Assembly (NCBI GenBank): GCA_904374795.1
Contig: CAJFEV010000001.1
Coordinates: forward strand, 1-59,690
Origin: an uncultured Bacilli bacterium
GTDB lineage: Bacteria > Bacillota_I > Bacilli_A > RF39 > UBA660
Direction of reading: 5' to 3'
DNA: 59,690 nt
Part shown: positions 49,486 through 58,497 of the stretch, piece after piece
Layout of the letters: every line of letters begins with the position of its first letter
How positions within the stretch are numbered: the stretch's first letter is position 1
Made by a program: the position numbers and the translations under genes
Notes under the pieces: generated by a model
The model's database searches: none
What the model saw: the letters and a program-made list of their open reading frames with translations, nothing else
What the model was told of the DNA's origin: nothing

Positions 49486-49530
49486 TTATCATAAAATCAA
49501 GAAAAAAGGTAGTGCCAATTTGGCACCACC
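49486..49530 (-). terminator. Rho-independent terminator inside the repeat shared with 10685-10729
   Basis: On the minus strand, GGUGGUGCC-AAAUU-GGCACUACC is followed by U6CUUG. It overlaps the last codons of the 49489-50595 ORF. Confidence 0.5.
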
Positions 49531-50595
49531 AGTTTTTTCCAAATATTGCCAAATCGGCACTATACTGATTTTAAATATTTTTCTACATAATTCATTATAT
49601 ATTTTTTCAGCATTTTCACAGTTTCCTTCTATACAATTAACTTGATTGTCAACAACTTCAAAATCAGTCAATGTTTTTAAATTAAAATAAGAAAAAACAT
49701 TCAAATTCAAATTATAAGTATAATTTTCTTCCGTATTATTTACAAAAAACAAACCAGAATTATATGTCAAAAGAAAATCATCAGTTTTTAAAACACAATT
49801 GTCATTTTCATCACATTGAAAAGTTTCTTTAATTTTTATAGGTGTCTCAAATTTTTTCATTTCTTGTTCTTTTCCAATCTCCTTTTCTTCTACATATACA
49901 AAATTATTATTTGAGACTTCTTCAATAAAATTTAGTGTAATCTCTTCGTTACCAATTCTCACAAAAATTTTTTGATTACCACTAATAAAATCATTATATG
50001 AAATAAAACTTTCATACCCATAATTGTCTTGTATAAGAACTTGATATTCTCCATCATAAACTAATCGTCTTTCTTTGTTTGTCTCAATAAAAATTTTAAT
50101 ATTTTCTACTTCTGGAGCAATACTACCTATTTGAAAATAAATTTTTTCTTTAGATAAGACTAATAAACCATTAGTTAGCTCATAAGATGGAGATGAGCCG
50201 GAAAATGTATAGATTTTCATCGTATCATAGTTTTGAAAAAAGTATAATATTATTAGTCCTATAAAACTAATTACTACAAATATAGCGAGTAATATAGCTA
50301 TAAATCGAGCTTTTTTAAATTTTGAATTTTGATTTTGCAAATACTTAAAAAGTGAATTTTGTAATTTTTTTTCATTTTGTTTATTTTTTCTTTCGCAAGC
50401 TGTTAACTCATCTAAAGAAATATCAAAAATTTGACTATAATATATCAAATCATCAAAAGTTGGGCGCCGTTTATTATTTTCAAGACGATTTATCTTCGAA
50501 TGATCCACATGCATTTGCTCTGCTAAATCATATTGAGACATATTTTTACTTAATCTTAAATCCTTTAAAAATGGTCCAATCTTATTATAATCCAT
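49489..50595 (-). CDS. Membrane-bound XRE-family HTH regulator with an extracellular domain
   Basis: The N-terminal HTH_3 (LKDLRLSKNMSQYDLAEQMHVDHSKINRLENNKR) is followed by TM segment FIAILLAIFVVISFIGLIILYFF and a ~230-aa outside domain. Confidence 0.7.
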   Translation of the reverse strand: MDYNKIGPFLKDLRLSKNMSQYDLAEQMHVDHSKINRLENNKRRPTFDDLIYYSQIFDISLDELTACERKNKQNEKKLQNSLFKYLQNQNSKFKKARFIAILLAIFVVISFIGLIILYFFQNYDTMKIYTFSGSSPSYELTNGLLVLSKEKIYFQIGSIAPEVENIKIFIETNKERRLVYDGEYQVLIQDNYGYESFISYNDFISGNQKIFVRIGNEEITLNFIEEVSNNNFVYVEEKEIGKEQEMKKFETPIKIKETFQCDENDNCVLKTDDFLLTYNSGLFFVNNTEENYTYNLNLNVFSYFNLKTLTDFEVVDNQVNCIEGNCENAEKIYNELCRKIFKISIVPIWQYLEKTGGAKLALPFFLIL

Positions 50596-50608
50596 ATAAC
50601 AGTACACC

Positions 50609-50685
50609 TCAGCAAAAGTATATCATGGACAAACCGAAACTTAAAGATTTAAAAGCCATAATCTACTTTTGATTATGACCATTTT
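50609..50685. repeat. Copy A of a ~77-bp terminator-promoter cassette
   Basis: About 95% identical to 51202-51279. On the minus strand it reads CATAATC-AAAAGTA-GATTATG hairpin, a U-rich tail, then TGATATACT (extended -10). Confidence 0.6.
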
Positions 50686-50814
50686 TAATTTTATTTTGAA
50701 TTTCTGGATATATTTTTAAAATTACTTCTTACGGTAAGAAATTTGTTTTTAATGATTAGTTAAAACTTCAAAAAAAGTTTCGTTTTCATTTAATACTTTT
50801 CTTGAACACAATCA

Positions 50815-51141
50815 TCATTCTTTTATTTCACTACCTATTTCTTTATATTTTGCTAAACATTCTTCAACAGCGTCTTTTCTAATCAATGTAAAATAAATTT
50901 TATCTTCGTCATCTTCCGTATCTAAAATATTTTTGATGGCATCCAATTTATTCTCTAACCATTCCATAAAATGTTTTTGAAGTTTTTCTTTATCTTCAAG
51001 TTTTTTCTGTAATTCTTTATTTTCTTGTTTCATTATATCTATATATTTTTGTATTGTTAACCAACTTTCATACGCGTCTGTATTATCTAATTTTTTGGTT
51101 AATTTGCATGATAATTCTTCCAACATTTTTTCATTCATCAT
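50815..51141 (-). CDS. Small coiled-coil hypothetical protein
   Basis: 108-aa K/E-rich ORF with a GGTGAGG RBS. It is flanked by the duplicated cassette. Confidence 0.45.
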   Translation of the reverse strand: MMNEKMLEELSCKLTKKLDNTDAYESWLTIQKYIDIMKQENKELQKKLEDKEKLQKHFMEWLENKLDAIKNILDTEDDEDKIYFTLIRKDAVEECLAKYKEIGSEIKE

Positions 51142-51201
51142 TCTACCTCACCTAATCTTAAATTTTTTAAAAATGAATTGTAATCTACAAAATAATACGC
51201 A

Positions 51202-51279
51202 TCAGTAAAAGTATATCATGAACAAACTGAAACTTAAAGATTTAAAAAGCCATAATCTACTTTTGATTATGACTATTTT
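51202..51279. repeat. Copy B of the terminator-promoter cassette (begins at the HelD-like gene stop codon)
   Basis: See copy A. It overlaps the stop codon at 51273-51275. Confidence 0.6.
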
Positions 51280-53411
51280 CGATATAAACTTCTAGCTAAA
51301 GGCTTAGTAATTGGTTCTTGATATAAAATTTCTAAATCGTGTAAAGCACGAGTCATTGAGACATATAAGTTTTTTAAGTCAGTATTATTATCAGATGAAT
51401 ATGTTTTCTCACTTACGTTTGCAATAATAACTGCATCAAATTCTAATCCCTTTGAACATTGACTACTTATAGAACAAATACCACCTTCGTATACACTATT
51501 ATTCATATTTATATACGATATATTTACTCCTAGTTGTTGTAATTTAACTGCAATTTGATTAGCCTCTTCTTCAGTACGACTTATTACAGCAATTGATGAA
51601 AAATTCTGTGCAATTAAACCTTCTATTTTATTTTTTAATAATTGAATATCGTTTGGATTATACAATGTATACCTTACATCTTCACCATGTCTTATAACAG
51701 GCTCAGAAACTTTCATATTTAAATAATCTAAAATTTGATTAGCCTGTTCCATAATCTCAATAGTAGTACGATAACTTTTTAATAAATAGTCAACATTGCA
51801 TTTATTATTAAAACATGCTTTTTCTACTTCTTCCCAATTATCAATACTTCTATAGTCATAAATAGATTGAGCTAAATCCCCGAAAATACTAAATGTACAA
51901 CTTGGCAAAGCTTTTTTTAGAGCATAGAAATTGAATACTCCATAATCTTGTGCTTCATCGATGACTGCATGACGGAATTTTTTATATTCTTGAGATCCAT
52001 GTAATAATGTATGTAAATAAACAATACCTGGTAAATCTTCAAAAGTAATTCCTTTTTTAATTGGTATAGTAATTTTTTTTAAGCTATCATTCACTTCTCT
52101 ATCTGCAAATTGAGATAGTTTCGTTAAAAAATTATTATATATTGTTGATGTTTTTTTGCTTTTAATTGAAAAATGTTTTCTTAAGGATGCCACACATCCA
52201 CTTTCTATTTCTTTCTTTAAAGCTTGATATTCCTTTTGATATTTTTCTTTTGTAATATTTCCAGCATCCATTTTTTCCTGATATTGTTGATTTACTGATG
52301 AAACCAATTTAGAAGAATTATTCTTAATATAATTTGACAATAACAATACGCATCTTTCAATTTTCATTTCTATATTATCATATATTTTATCTTGAATTTC
52401 TTGATATGTTTTTAAAATTGCCTCTTTAGGTAATATTTTAATATTTTTGATTGTAAAGTCTTTACCAGGAACAACTTCATATTCATCTAAATATTTTACA
52501 TATTTGTCTATTAGTTCTTTAAAATCCATAGACATTTTGAAATGATATGGATTTACACCATTTATAACATCAGGATTATATCCTATATCATCAATACTAA
52601 TTTCCTCACCAATAAATTCTTGTGCAAATTCGGGATATGTAAGCTGCGGAACACTAGTTACATCTAATTCTGGCAGAACAGACGAGATGTAATTAATAAA
52701 GAATTTATTTGGTCCTATTACCATATATTGGTCAGATTTAATTGTTTCCCTAAAGTTATAAGCCAAATAAGCAATTCTATGTAAAGCCACAGTAGTTTTT
52801 CCTGAACCAGCTACTCCTTGACATATTGTATTGTTAGTAATAGGTTCTCTTATAATTGTATTTTGTTCATTTTGTATAGAACTAACTATATTTTTCAAAC
52901 GATTATCTGCATTTACTCCTAAATATGGTTTTAAAATTTCATCATTAGAAACCGTGTCTACATCTCGATAGGATAACAACTCACCATTTTCAATTTCATA
53001 TTGACGTTTTAATTCCATAGTTCCACTTATTGTTCCCTTAGGTGCTTCATAACTTGCTGGTCCTATATTGCTATCATAATATAAAGATGCAATAGGAGCA
53101 CGCCAATCAACTGTAATTATATTACCATCACTGTCTACTACTCCTACTTTTCCAATGTAGCAAACTTCTTTTCTATGTTCATCGTCTGAAGTAAAATCAA
53201 TACGAGCAAAATATGGTTTTTGAAATCCATTTTCTAACACCTTTAATTTATTTTCATATTGGTCCATTAAATTATTATAAACAATAGGATCCATAACATT
53301 TCGTCTTTTTAATGAATTAATCATCAATTCTACATCTTCATATACATGATGTAGTTCAGATATAACAGATTGTGTTTTTTCTTTTTCTAATTCAAATTCG
53401 TGTTTTTCCAT
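51273..53411 (-). CDS. HelD-like (helicase IV / UvrD-superfamily) RNA-polymerase-associated ATPase
   Basis: N-terminal coiled-coil, then KPYFARIDF...YIGKVGV...VDWRAPIASLYY (HelD N-domain signature). Walker A GVAGSGKTTVALHR and Walker B VIDEAQD. The ATG at 53411 follows AGGGGGA. Confidence 0.8.
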   Translation of the reverse strand: MEKHEFELEKEKTQSVISELHHVYEDVELMINSLKRRNVMDPIVYNNLMDQYENKLKVLENGFQKPYFARIDFTSDDEHRKEVCYIGKVGVVDSDGNIITVDWRAPIASLYYDSNIGPASYEAPKGTISGTMELKRQYEIENGELLSYRDVDTVSNDEILKPYLGVNADNRLKNIVSSIQNEQNTIIREPITNNTICQGVAGSGKTTVALHRIAYLAYNFRETIKSDQYMVIGPNKFFINYISSVLPELDVTSVPQLTYPEFAQEFIGEEISIDDIGYNPDVINGVNPYHFKMSMDFKELIDKYVKYLDEYEVVPGKDFTIKNIKILPKEAILKTYQEIQDKIYDNIEMKIERCVLLLSNYIKNNSSKLVSSVNQQYQEKMDAGNITKEKYQKEYQALKKEIESGCVASLRKHFSIKSKKTSTIYNNFLTKLSQFADREVNDSLKKITIPIKKGITFEDLPGIVYLHTLLHGSQEYKKFRHAVIDEAQDYGVFNFYALKKALPSCTFSIFGDLAQSIYDYRSIDNWEEVEKACFNNKCNVDYLLKSYRTTIEIMEQANQILDYLNMKVSEPVIRHGEDVRYTLYNPNDIQLLKNKIEGLIAQNFSSIAVISRTEEEANQIAVKLQQLGVNISYINMNNSVYEGGICSISSQCSKGLEFDAVIIANVSEKTYSSDNNTDLKNLYVSMTRALHDLEILYQEPITKPLARSLYRK

Positions 53412-53433
53412 TACACATCCCCCTTTCAAAATT

Positions 53434-53871
53434 TTATTTTTTATAATTCAATTTTTTTAAAGCATACCAAGCAAATGGTGATAACTGTTCTTCATTTAGT
53501 TCTTCAATTGGCAACCAAACAGCTCCATCAGAATCAAGACCATCAGCATCAATTTTTAAATTTTCTTCCTTAATATCAACAAGATACAAAATTCCAATAT
53601 GATGTAAATCTTCTGTTACATTTTCTTCCATAAGCCATTTAATATTAGTAGAAGTTGCATCTAATAATTCTTCTTTAATAACAGTTCCTTCTACTTCTTC
53701 CATCATTTCTCTATGTAGAGCTTCGATAGGTGTTTCGGTATGTTCGATACCTCCACCTGGAAGATCATATTTCCCCTTATAGCCTCCTCTAGCCTTTTTT
53801 ACAAGAGCTATTTTACCATCTCGTATTAAAATGCCATAAGCTCCTACATGTGTTTTAACAATAGTTTTCAT
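53434..53871 (-). CDS. NUDIX hydrolase
   Basis: Near-canonical Nudix box GGGIEHTETPIEALHREMMEEVEG. Confidence 0.85.
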   Translation of the reverse strand: MKTIVKTHVGAYGILIRDGKIALVKKARGGYKGKYDLPGGGIEHTETPIEALHREMMEEVEGTVIKEELLDATSTNIKWLMEENVTEDLHHIGILYLVDIKEENLKIDADGLDSDGAVWLPIEELNEEQLSPFAWYALKKLNYKK

Positions 53872-53921
53872 ATATTTCCCTCTCTTTCATTTCCTTACAA
53901 ATTTTACCATACGATCTTATA

Positions 53922-54818
53922 TTATTCAAATAATACTTGCGTTAAATTCAAATCATTTAATAAATTATACCACTTTTCCCAGCCATCCTTTTTTTGGCGA
54001 GGATCACTTAAATCAATTTTGCCCATTTGATATAAAGCAATTTTTTCTAAAATAACTTTTAAAATGTAAAACTCCCACATACATTTTAGATTTTGAATAC
54101 TTAAATTCATTTGATTTTCATATTCTTTTAGTAATTCCTTAGCTAACTGAATATCAAAGTCATTATAATGAAAACATAATTTTATAACAGAACTAATAAC
54201 TTCATACTCTTGTGTCGCAACAATAGCTTCATCAAAATCAATTAAATAAAGTGTATGATTTTTCCATAACATGTTTTGCGAAGATAAATCACCATGTACT
54301 AAATAAAAATTTAAGTTTGAAAAATCTAATGATTCATATTTAGTAATAAGTTCATATATTGTTTTTTTGTTTATTTTATATGTAGCTATTTCTTTTAAAT
54401 ACCGTACATAATAATTTACTTTAGCAAAAATATTATCATTTTGATAGTCCTTAATAGACACTTTCTTATCTAATAAACTAACTGTTTTAACAAGCAAACA
54501 AATATCATTAATTTTAAGCTTTTTTTTATGGTATCCATCAATAAATTCATATAAATAAAATAATCTATTATTAATTTTTTGTTTAGTGATCTCAATAGGA
54601 ACATTAATATTCTGTTTTAAGCAGTGAGCTAGTAAATCTTTTTTACATCTTTTATTATATTTTCCCACATATTCTTTTAAAAGGTAATTATTATCACTCG
54701 TAATAACTTTATAAACTTTATTTGTAATACCATACTTCATTCTCTTTAATGCAATAACATTTGAAATATTGGTATTTTCAAAAAATTTTTGAATATCTCT
54801 ATCTGTTTCTAAATTCAT
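53922..54818 (-). CDS. APH/choline-kinase-fold phosphotransferase
   Basis: VHGDLSSQNMLW (HGDxxxxN catalytic loop) and LIDFDEA (DFD metal-binding motif). Confidence 0.75.
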   Translation of the reverse strand: MNLETDRDIQKFFENTNISNVIALKRMKYGITNKVYKVITSDNNYLLKEYVGKYNKRCKKDLLAHCLKQNINVPIEITKQKINNRLFYLYEFIDGYHKKKLKINDICLLVKTVSLLDKKVSIKDYQNDNIFAKVNYYVRYLKEIATYKINKKTIYELITKYESLDFSNLNFYLVHGDLSSQNMLWKNHTLYLIDFDEAIVATQEYEVISSVIKLCFHYNDFDIQLAKELLKEYENQMNLSIQNLKCMWEFYILKVILEKIALYQMGKIDLSDPRQKKDGWEKWYNLLNDLNLTQVLFE

Positions 54819-55980
54819 CTTGAGCCTCTTTATATACTTCTATCATTTTAGTTACTATTCTCTCATTTGAAAACACATCATGAATTATTTTATAACATTT
54901 TTCAGCAATTTCAGATTTTTCGGGATTGTTATACAGTTGAATAATTTTATGAGCCAATTCCTCGATATTATCATGTTTAAAAAATATTTCTGGACATTGT
55001 TTTTGCATTAATTCAGAAAAACCAGTGTTATCGCTTATAAGTATAGGTAATCTAGTACTTATTTCTTCTAATGCTACATAAGGTAAATTATCAAACTGCG
55101 ATGGAACAATACCAATACAACTTTTGTTCATATAATCATTCAGTTGCTCATGGGGCATTTGATAAAAGAATTTTAAATGTGCATGATATTTTGACTTAAC
55201 TATACTTTTAATATATTCAATAGTAGAAATTGCTCGATTATTTCTAAAAGTATCTTTCCCAATAAACCAAAAATTTAAATGTTTGGTAGTTTCATTTTCA
55301 AGAATTATATTAATAGCTTCTGCTAAAACTAGTACGCCTTTTCTTTCTTCTATACTACCACAATACAAAACATTATTACTTTGATGAAAAGGCTCTTTTA
55401 AATAAAAATTATTAAAATCAGCTAAATTTGGAACTACTTCTACATTTGTTAATTTAATTTGATGTTGGGTAATAATTTTATTAATAAGCAACTGAGAACA
55501 TGAAATAACTTTTTCAGCATTTTCTATGCAATATTTTTCCCACTCTAACACTGCATTATTAACTTCGCTTGATAATCCACTTTTGTTATATTCTTGCCAT
55601 ACACACAACGGAGTATGCAATTTTACAACAACTGGAATTTTTCTATTTTGTTTCTTTAGATAAAATATTGTTTCTGCACCCCAATCTGGCGTTTCAATTA
55701 TGTCTATTGATTCTTCTTTTTCCAAATCCTCAATAGTAAAACATACTTTTTTTCTATAATCAATATAATCATCTAAAGTATTTGCATTTAATGGCCTAAA
55801 TATTCGAATAATATGAACTCCGTTTTCCACGGTACTGCTATCTTTTTCCAAAGATCTAGCAATAACATATACAGTATGACCAATCATGGCCATATTCTCA
55901 GCTAAACGTTTTTGATAAGTTGCTATACCTCCAAAATTTGTTTCTTCTGGATATTCTTCATGAACATAACAAATTTTCAT
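54799..55980 (-). CDS. GT4-family (GT-B, retaining) glycosyltransferase
   Basis: N-terminal FGGIATYQKRLAE and C-terminal PSQFDNLPYVALEEISTRLPILISDNTG (E-x7-E region). It overlaps the downstream kinase gene by 20 nt. Confidence 0.8.
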   Translation of the reverse strand: MKICYVHEEYPEETNFGGIATYQKRLAENMAMIGHTVYVIARSLEKDSSTVENGVHIIRIFRPLNANTLDDYIDYRKKVCFTIEDLEKEESIDIIETPDWGAETIFYLKKQNRKIPVVVKLHTPLCVWQEYNKSGLSSEVNNAVLEWEKYCIENAEKVISCSQLLINKIITQHQIKLTNVEVVPNLADFNNFYLKEPFHQSNNVLYCGSIEERKGVLVLAEAINIILENETTKHLNFWFIGKDTFRNNRAISTIEYIKSIVKSKYHAHLKFFYQMPHEQLNDYMNKSCIGIVPSQFDNLPYVALEEISTRLPILISDNTGFSELMQKQCPEIFFKHDNIEELAHKIIQLYNNPEKSEIAEKCYKIIHDVFSNERIVTKMIEVYKEAQDEFRNR

Positions 55981-56582
55981 TATTTTACTCGCTTTCTTAC
56001 ATTAGGCTCAAAGCCAATTGCTTCCTCAGCTACTCTATATGTTTCTTCTTTATTACTTACATCTGTATATATAGTTGCTAACGAAAATTGAGATACTTCG
56101 TTAAAATACTTTTCATGATCTTCCAAAGCACTTTCTACACGGTAACGTATATCTGAAGCATTATGATTTCTACTTGAATTCACTATGCGTTCTCTAATTC
56201 CTTTTTCAATATCTTGAAAAGTTAAAACGACTAACCGAACTGGTATTTCTAAATGTTTTAATTGCAATATATCTTTATATGACGAATTTATTAACAAAGT
56301 ATCTGCATTCTCAAACGCATTAAAACAGTCGTTTTTCAAAACTCCATATCCGCGAATGCCATCACTTGAAGCAATTAAGAATTGTTGATTGTTTACTAAT
56401 TTCAAAAACTCCAAATATTCAATGTAACGGTAGAAGCCAGGTTTATCATCACGCCTAGCTTCTCTTGTCGTTACATGTCGCGGTACAATAATGTCATGAT
56501 TTAAAATCAAATTGTCCGTCAAAGTCGTCTTGCCACTACCTGATGGTCCCATAATACTCACTATTACTTTATCCTCTTTCAA
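55980..56582 (-). CDS. Guanylate-kinase-like P-loop kinase
   Basis: IMGPSGSGKTTL followed by HVTTREARRDDKPGFYRY (GMP-kinase-type TTR..R motif). I place the start at the TTG 4-5 nt after GGGGTGA, because the track's upstream TTG lies inside the predicted promoter. Confidence 0.65.
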   Translation of the reverse strand: MKEDKVIVSIMGPSGSGKTTLTDNLILNHDIIVPRHVTTREARRDDKPGFYRYIEYLEFLKLVNNQQFLIASSDGIRGYGVLKNDCFNAFENADTLLINSSYKDILQLKHLEIPVRLVVLTFQDIEKGIRERIVNSSRNHNASDIRYRVESALEDHEKYFNEVSQFSLATIYTDVSNKEETYRVAEEAIGFEPNVRKRVK

Positions 56583-56604
56583 ACTATCACCCCACACAGC
56601 GACT

Positions 56605-56633
56605 AGTATAAATGCAAAAGTATGTTTAGTCAA
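56605..56633 (-). promoter_or_regulatory. Near-consensus sigma-A promoter of the 5-gene cargo operon
   Basis: Minus strand TTGACT-17 nt-TATACT. Confidence 0.45.
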
Positions 56634-57018
56634 CAAAAAATATCGTATTTAGTAGCATTTTTGTGTGTAAAAACATTTTTTCATTTTGTTCTCTTTCAGA
56701 TTTGTAAAATTAATTTCATTCAATCCTAAGAATGATCGTATAATTTTTTCTGTTATAATATTTGTTTAAAACTAAAATACTTACATCTTTCAATAATCTT
56801 ATTTATTGTTTTGGATAATTTAGTAAAATCCAAAAAGTTTTATAGTCATTTTATTCATACTTTTATGATAATTGACCATAATATAAATAATCTATTTGAA
56901 TTAAGTATTCCATCAAAAAATTTCTATGTTTTTCACGATAATTTCTGCCAAAATATCGTATATGGTTGCAAATGAACTGATGGACAATTTTAAATGAGAA
57001 AATGTTTTCGGTGATTGT

Positions 57019-57471
57019 ATGAACTGTGATAATAGACTATTTTTTATTAGGGAACATCTAGATTATACTCAGGTGCAAATGGCAAAAAAGTTAGGAGTAA
57101 GTCGTGCTTATTATTCTTTATGTGAGACTAATACTAAATTTATGACTTTAAATAGACTAAATGATTTCTGTAACATTTTTCAAGTTGATATAGATTATGT
57201 GTATTATTTAACTAATAAGAAAACCAACAACACTAAAAAAATCAATAAAATCAATCCTAAAACCGTCGGAAATAATTTATGTACAATATTAAAGGACAAC
57301 AATGTTACTCAAAAAGAAATAGCACAATTTTTAAATACAACTCAATCTACAATTTCTAGTTATTGTAACGGACACACAATAATTTTAACATCATTTGCTG
57401 TTCAATTAGCCAAAAAATATTCCTTTTCACTTGACTGGTTAATAGGTAGATCCGACACAAAAAAATTATAA
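57019..57471 (+). CDS. Transcriptional regulator with two XRE-type HTH domains
   Basis: IREHLDYTQVQMAKKLGVSRAYYSLCE and LKDNNVTQKEIAQFLNTTQSTISSYCNG. Confidence 0.65.
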   Translation: MNCDNRLFFIREHLDYTQVQMAKKLGVSRAYYSLCETNTKFMTLNRLNDFCNIFQVDIDYVYYLTNKKTNNTKKINKINPKTVGNNLCTILKDNNVTQKEIAQFLNTTQSTISSYCNGHTIILTSFAVQLAKKYSFSLDWLIGRSDTKKL

Positions 57472-57479
57472 TTCTAAAC

Positions 57480-57722
57480 TTATTTATACATTGAAAAATA
57501 GCGATCAACAAGTTCTTCATTTTTTCTTTTTTCTCTTTGACTTTTAGAAAATACTTTAGCTTGTATTATACAATCCAAAACCATTTGTAATGATACCCCT
57601 TCAATAAAGATATCGCCTTTTTTTGCTTGTAAGAAAAAGTATTTATCTTGAAATGTGATTTTTAACTTTTCGTCATTAACTAGTCTAAGTTCTGAAATAT
57701 CTTTATCTTTTAATATTTCCAC
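57480..57722 (-). CDS. Small hypothetical protein, divergent from the XRE regulator
   Basis: 80-aa ORF with a GTG start after AGGAAGGAAAG. Confidence 0.4.
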   Translation of the reverse strand: MEILKDKDISELRLVNDEKLKITFQDKYFFLQAKKGDIFIEGVSLQMVLDCIIQAKVFSKSQREKRKNEELVDRYFSMYK

Positions 57723-58016
57723 TATTCTTTCCTTCCTATTTTACTTTTTTCTCATTTTGAGTATCATCTAAAGTTACCATTAGTGTTCCCTTTGAATTTT
57801 TTATAATAATTGAAGTTTCTGGATGATCCGTTGAACTAATTGTAAGAACTTCATTCAAATCAAGAGAAATATGCGTTTCTTTTGCTTTTTTAGTATCTGC
57901 CATTTTAATCACCTCCTATCCTTACTATCTATAATACCACAAATATAGTCAGGTGCATTTATTAAATGTAGTACATTTAACACATCTTCATTGGATAATT
58001 GTACTAGGTGGTTAAA

Positions 58017-58256
58017 ATGAAAATCAATAAAAGTGATAATAAATATATTTATGTCATTGCTGGAAAAAATATTAAAAGAATTCGAGAAGAAAAAGGATTA
58101 ACTCAGGTTCAACTAGCTGATTTAATAAAATATAATGAGGGGACAATTTCAAATATAGAGAATGACAGTTTTCAAACATTTAGTTTAGAATTTTTATATA
58201 TTATTTCAAAAAAGTTAAAAGTACCTATGAGCGAATTTTTTAAAGAAATAGACTAG
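58017..58256 (+). CDS. XRE-family HTH regulator (candidate element repressor)
   Basis: IKRIREEKGLTQVQLADLIKYNEGTISNIEND. The ATG at 58017 lies 5 nt after TAGGTGG. Confidence 0.7.
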   Translation: MKINKSDNKYIYVIAGKNIKRIREEKGLTQVQLADLIKYNEGTISNIENDSFQTFSLEFLYIISKKLKVPMSEFFKEID

Positions 58257-58305
58257 AATAACTTTACTTTAATTTATATAAAGAATTATTAATATAAAAA
58301 TTAAG

Positions 58306-58339
58306 GACCCTATTTAAATTATAGGCTCCTTTTTTTCTT
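58306..58339 (+). terminator. Rho-independent terminator
   Basis: AGGACCCTAT-ttaaatt-ATAGGCTCCT (10-bp stem, one mismatch) followed by T7. Confidence 0.6.
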
Positions 58340-58497
58340 CAATAATAATTACTTCCAATATATTTATTTAGTGAGTGTTTTATACTATTAATGAAGTAAC
58401 TAACTCAACTTTGTCCACCAATACAACTTTATTACCGTAATTCTTTCTTTCATTAACATTAAAACTAGATTTATTAAGTATTAAAGTTGCAAAAGTG

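Noticed and set aside
50621-50668. 15-codon plus-strand mini-ORF MDKPKLKDLKAIIYF inside repeat copy A
   Set aside because: The second repeat copy carries a 1-nt indel that destroys the frame. Conservation is therefore at the nucleotide or structure level (terminator-promoter), not the peptide level.
56637-56962. 12-nt direct repeat AAAATATCGTAT at both ends of the 382-bp gap upstream of the cargo operon
   Set aside because: It is a single short AT-rich match with no associated structure. That is compatible with chance in this composition and insufficient to propose a site.
57735-57903. Apparent small ORF with a strong GGAGGTGA RBS (MADTKKAKETHISLDLNEVLTN) in the divergent regulatory region
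   Set aside because: Careful translation hits a TAG after 22 codons. That is too short to call, although it could be a leader peptide. Not reported as a feature.
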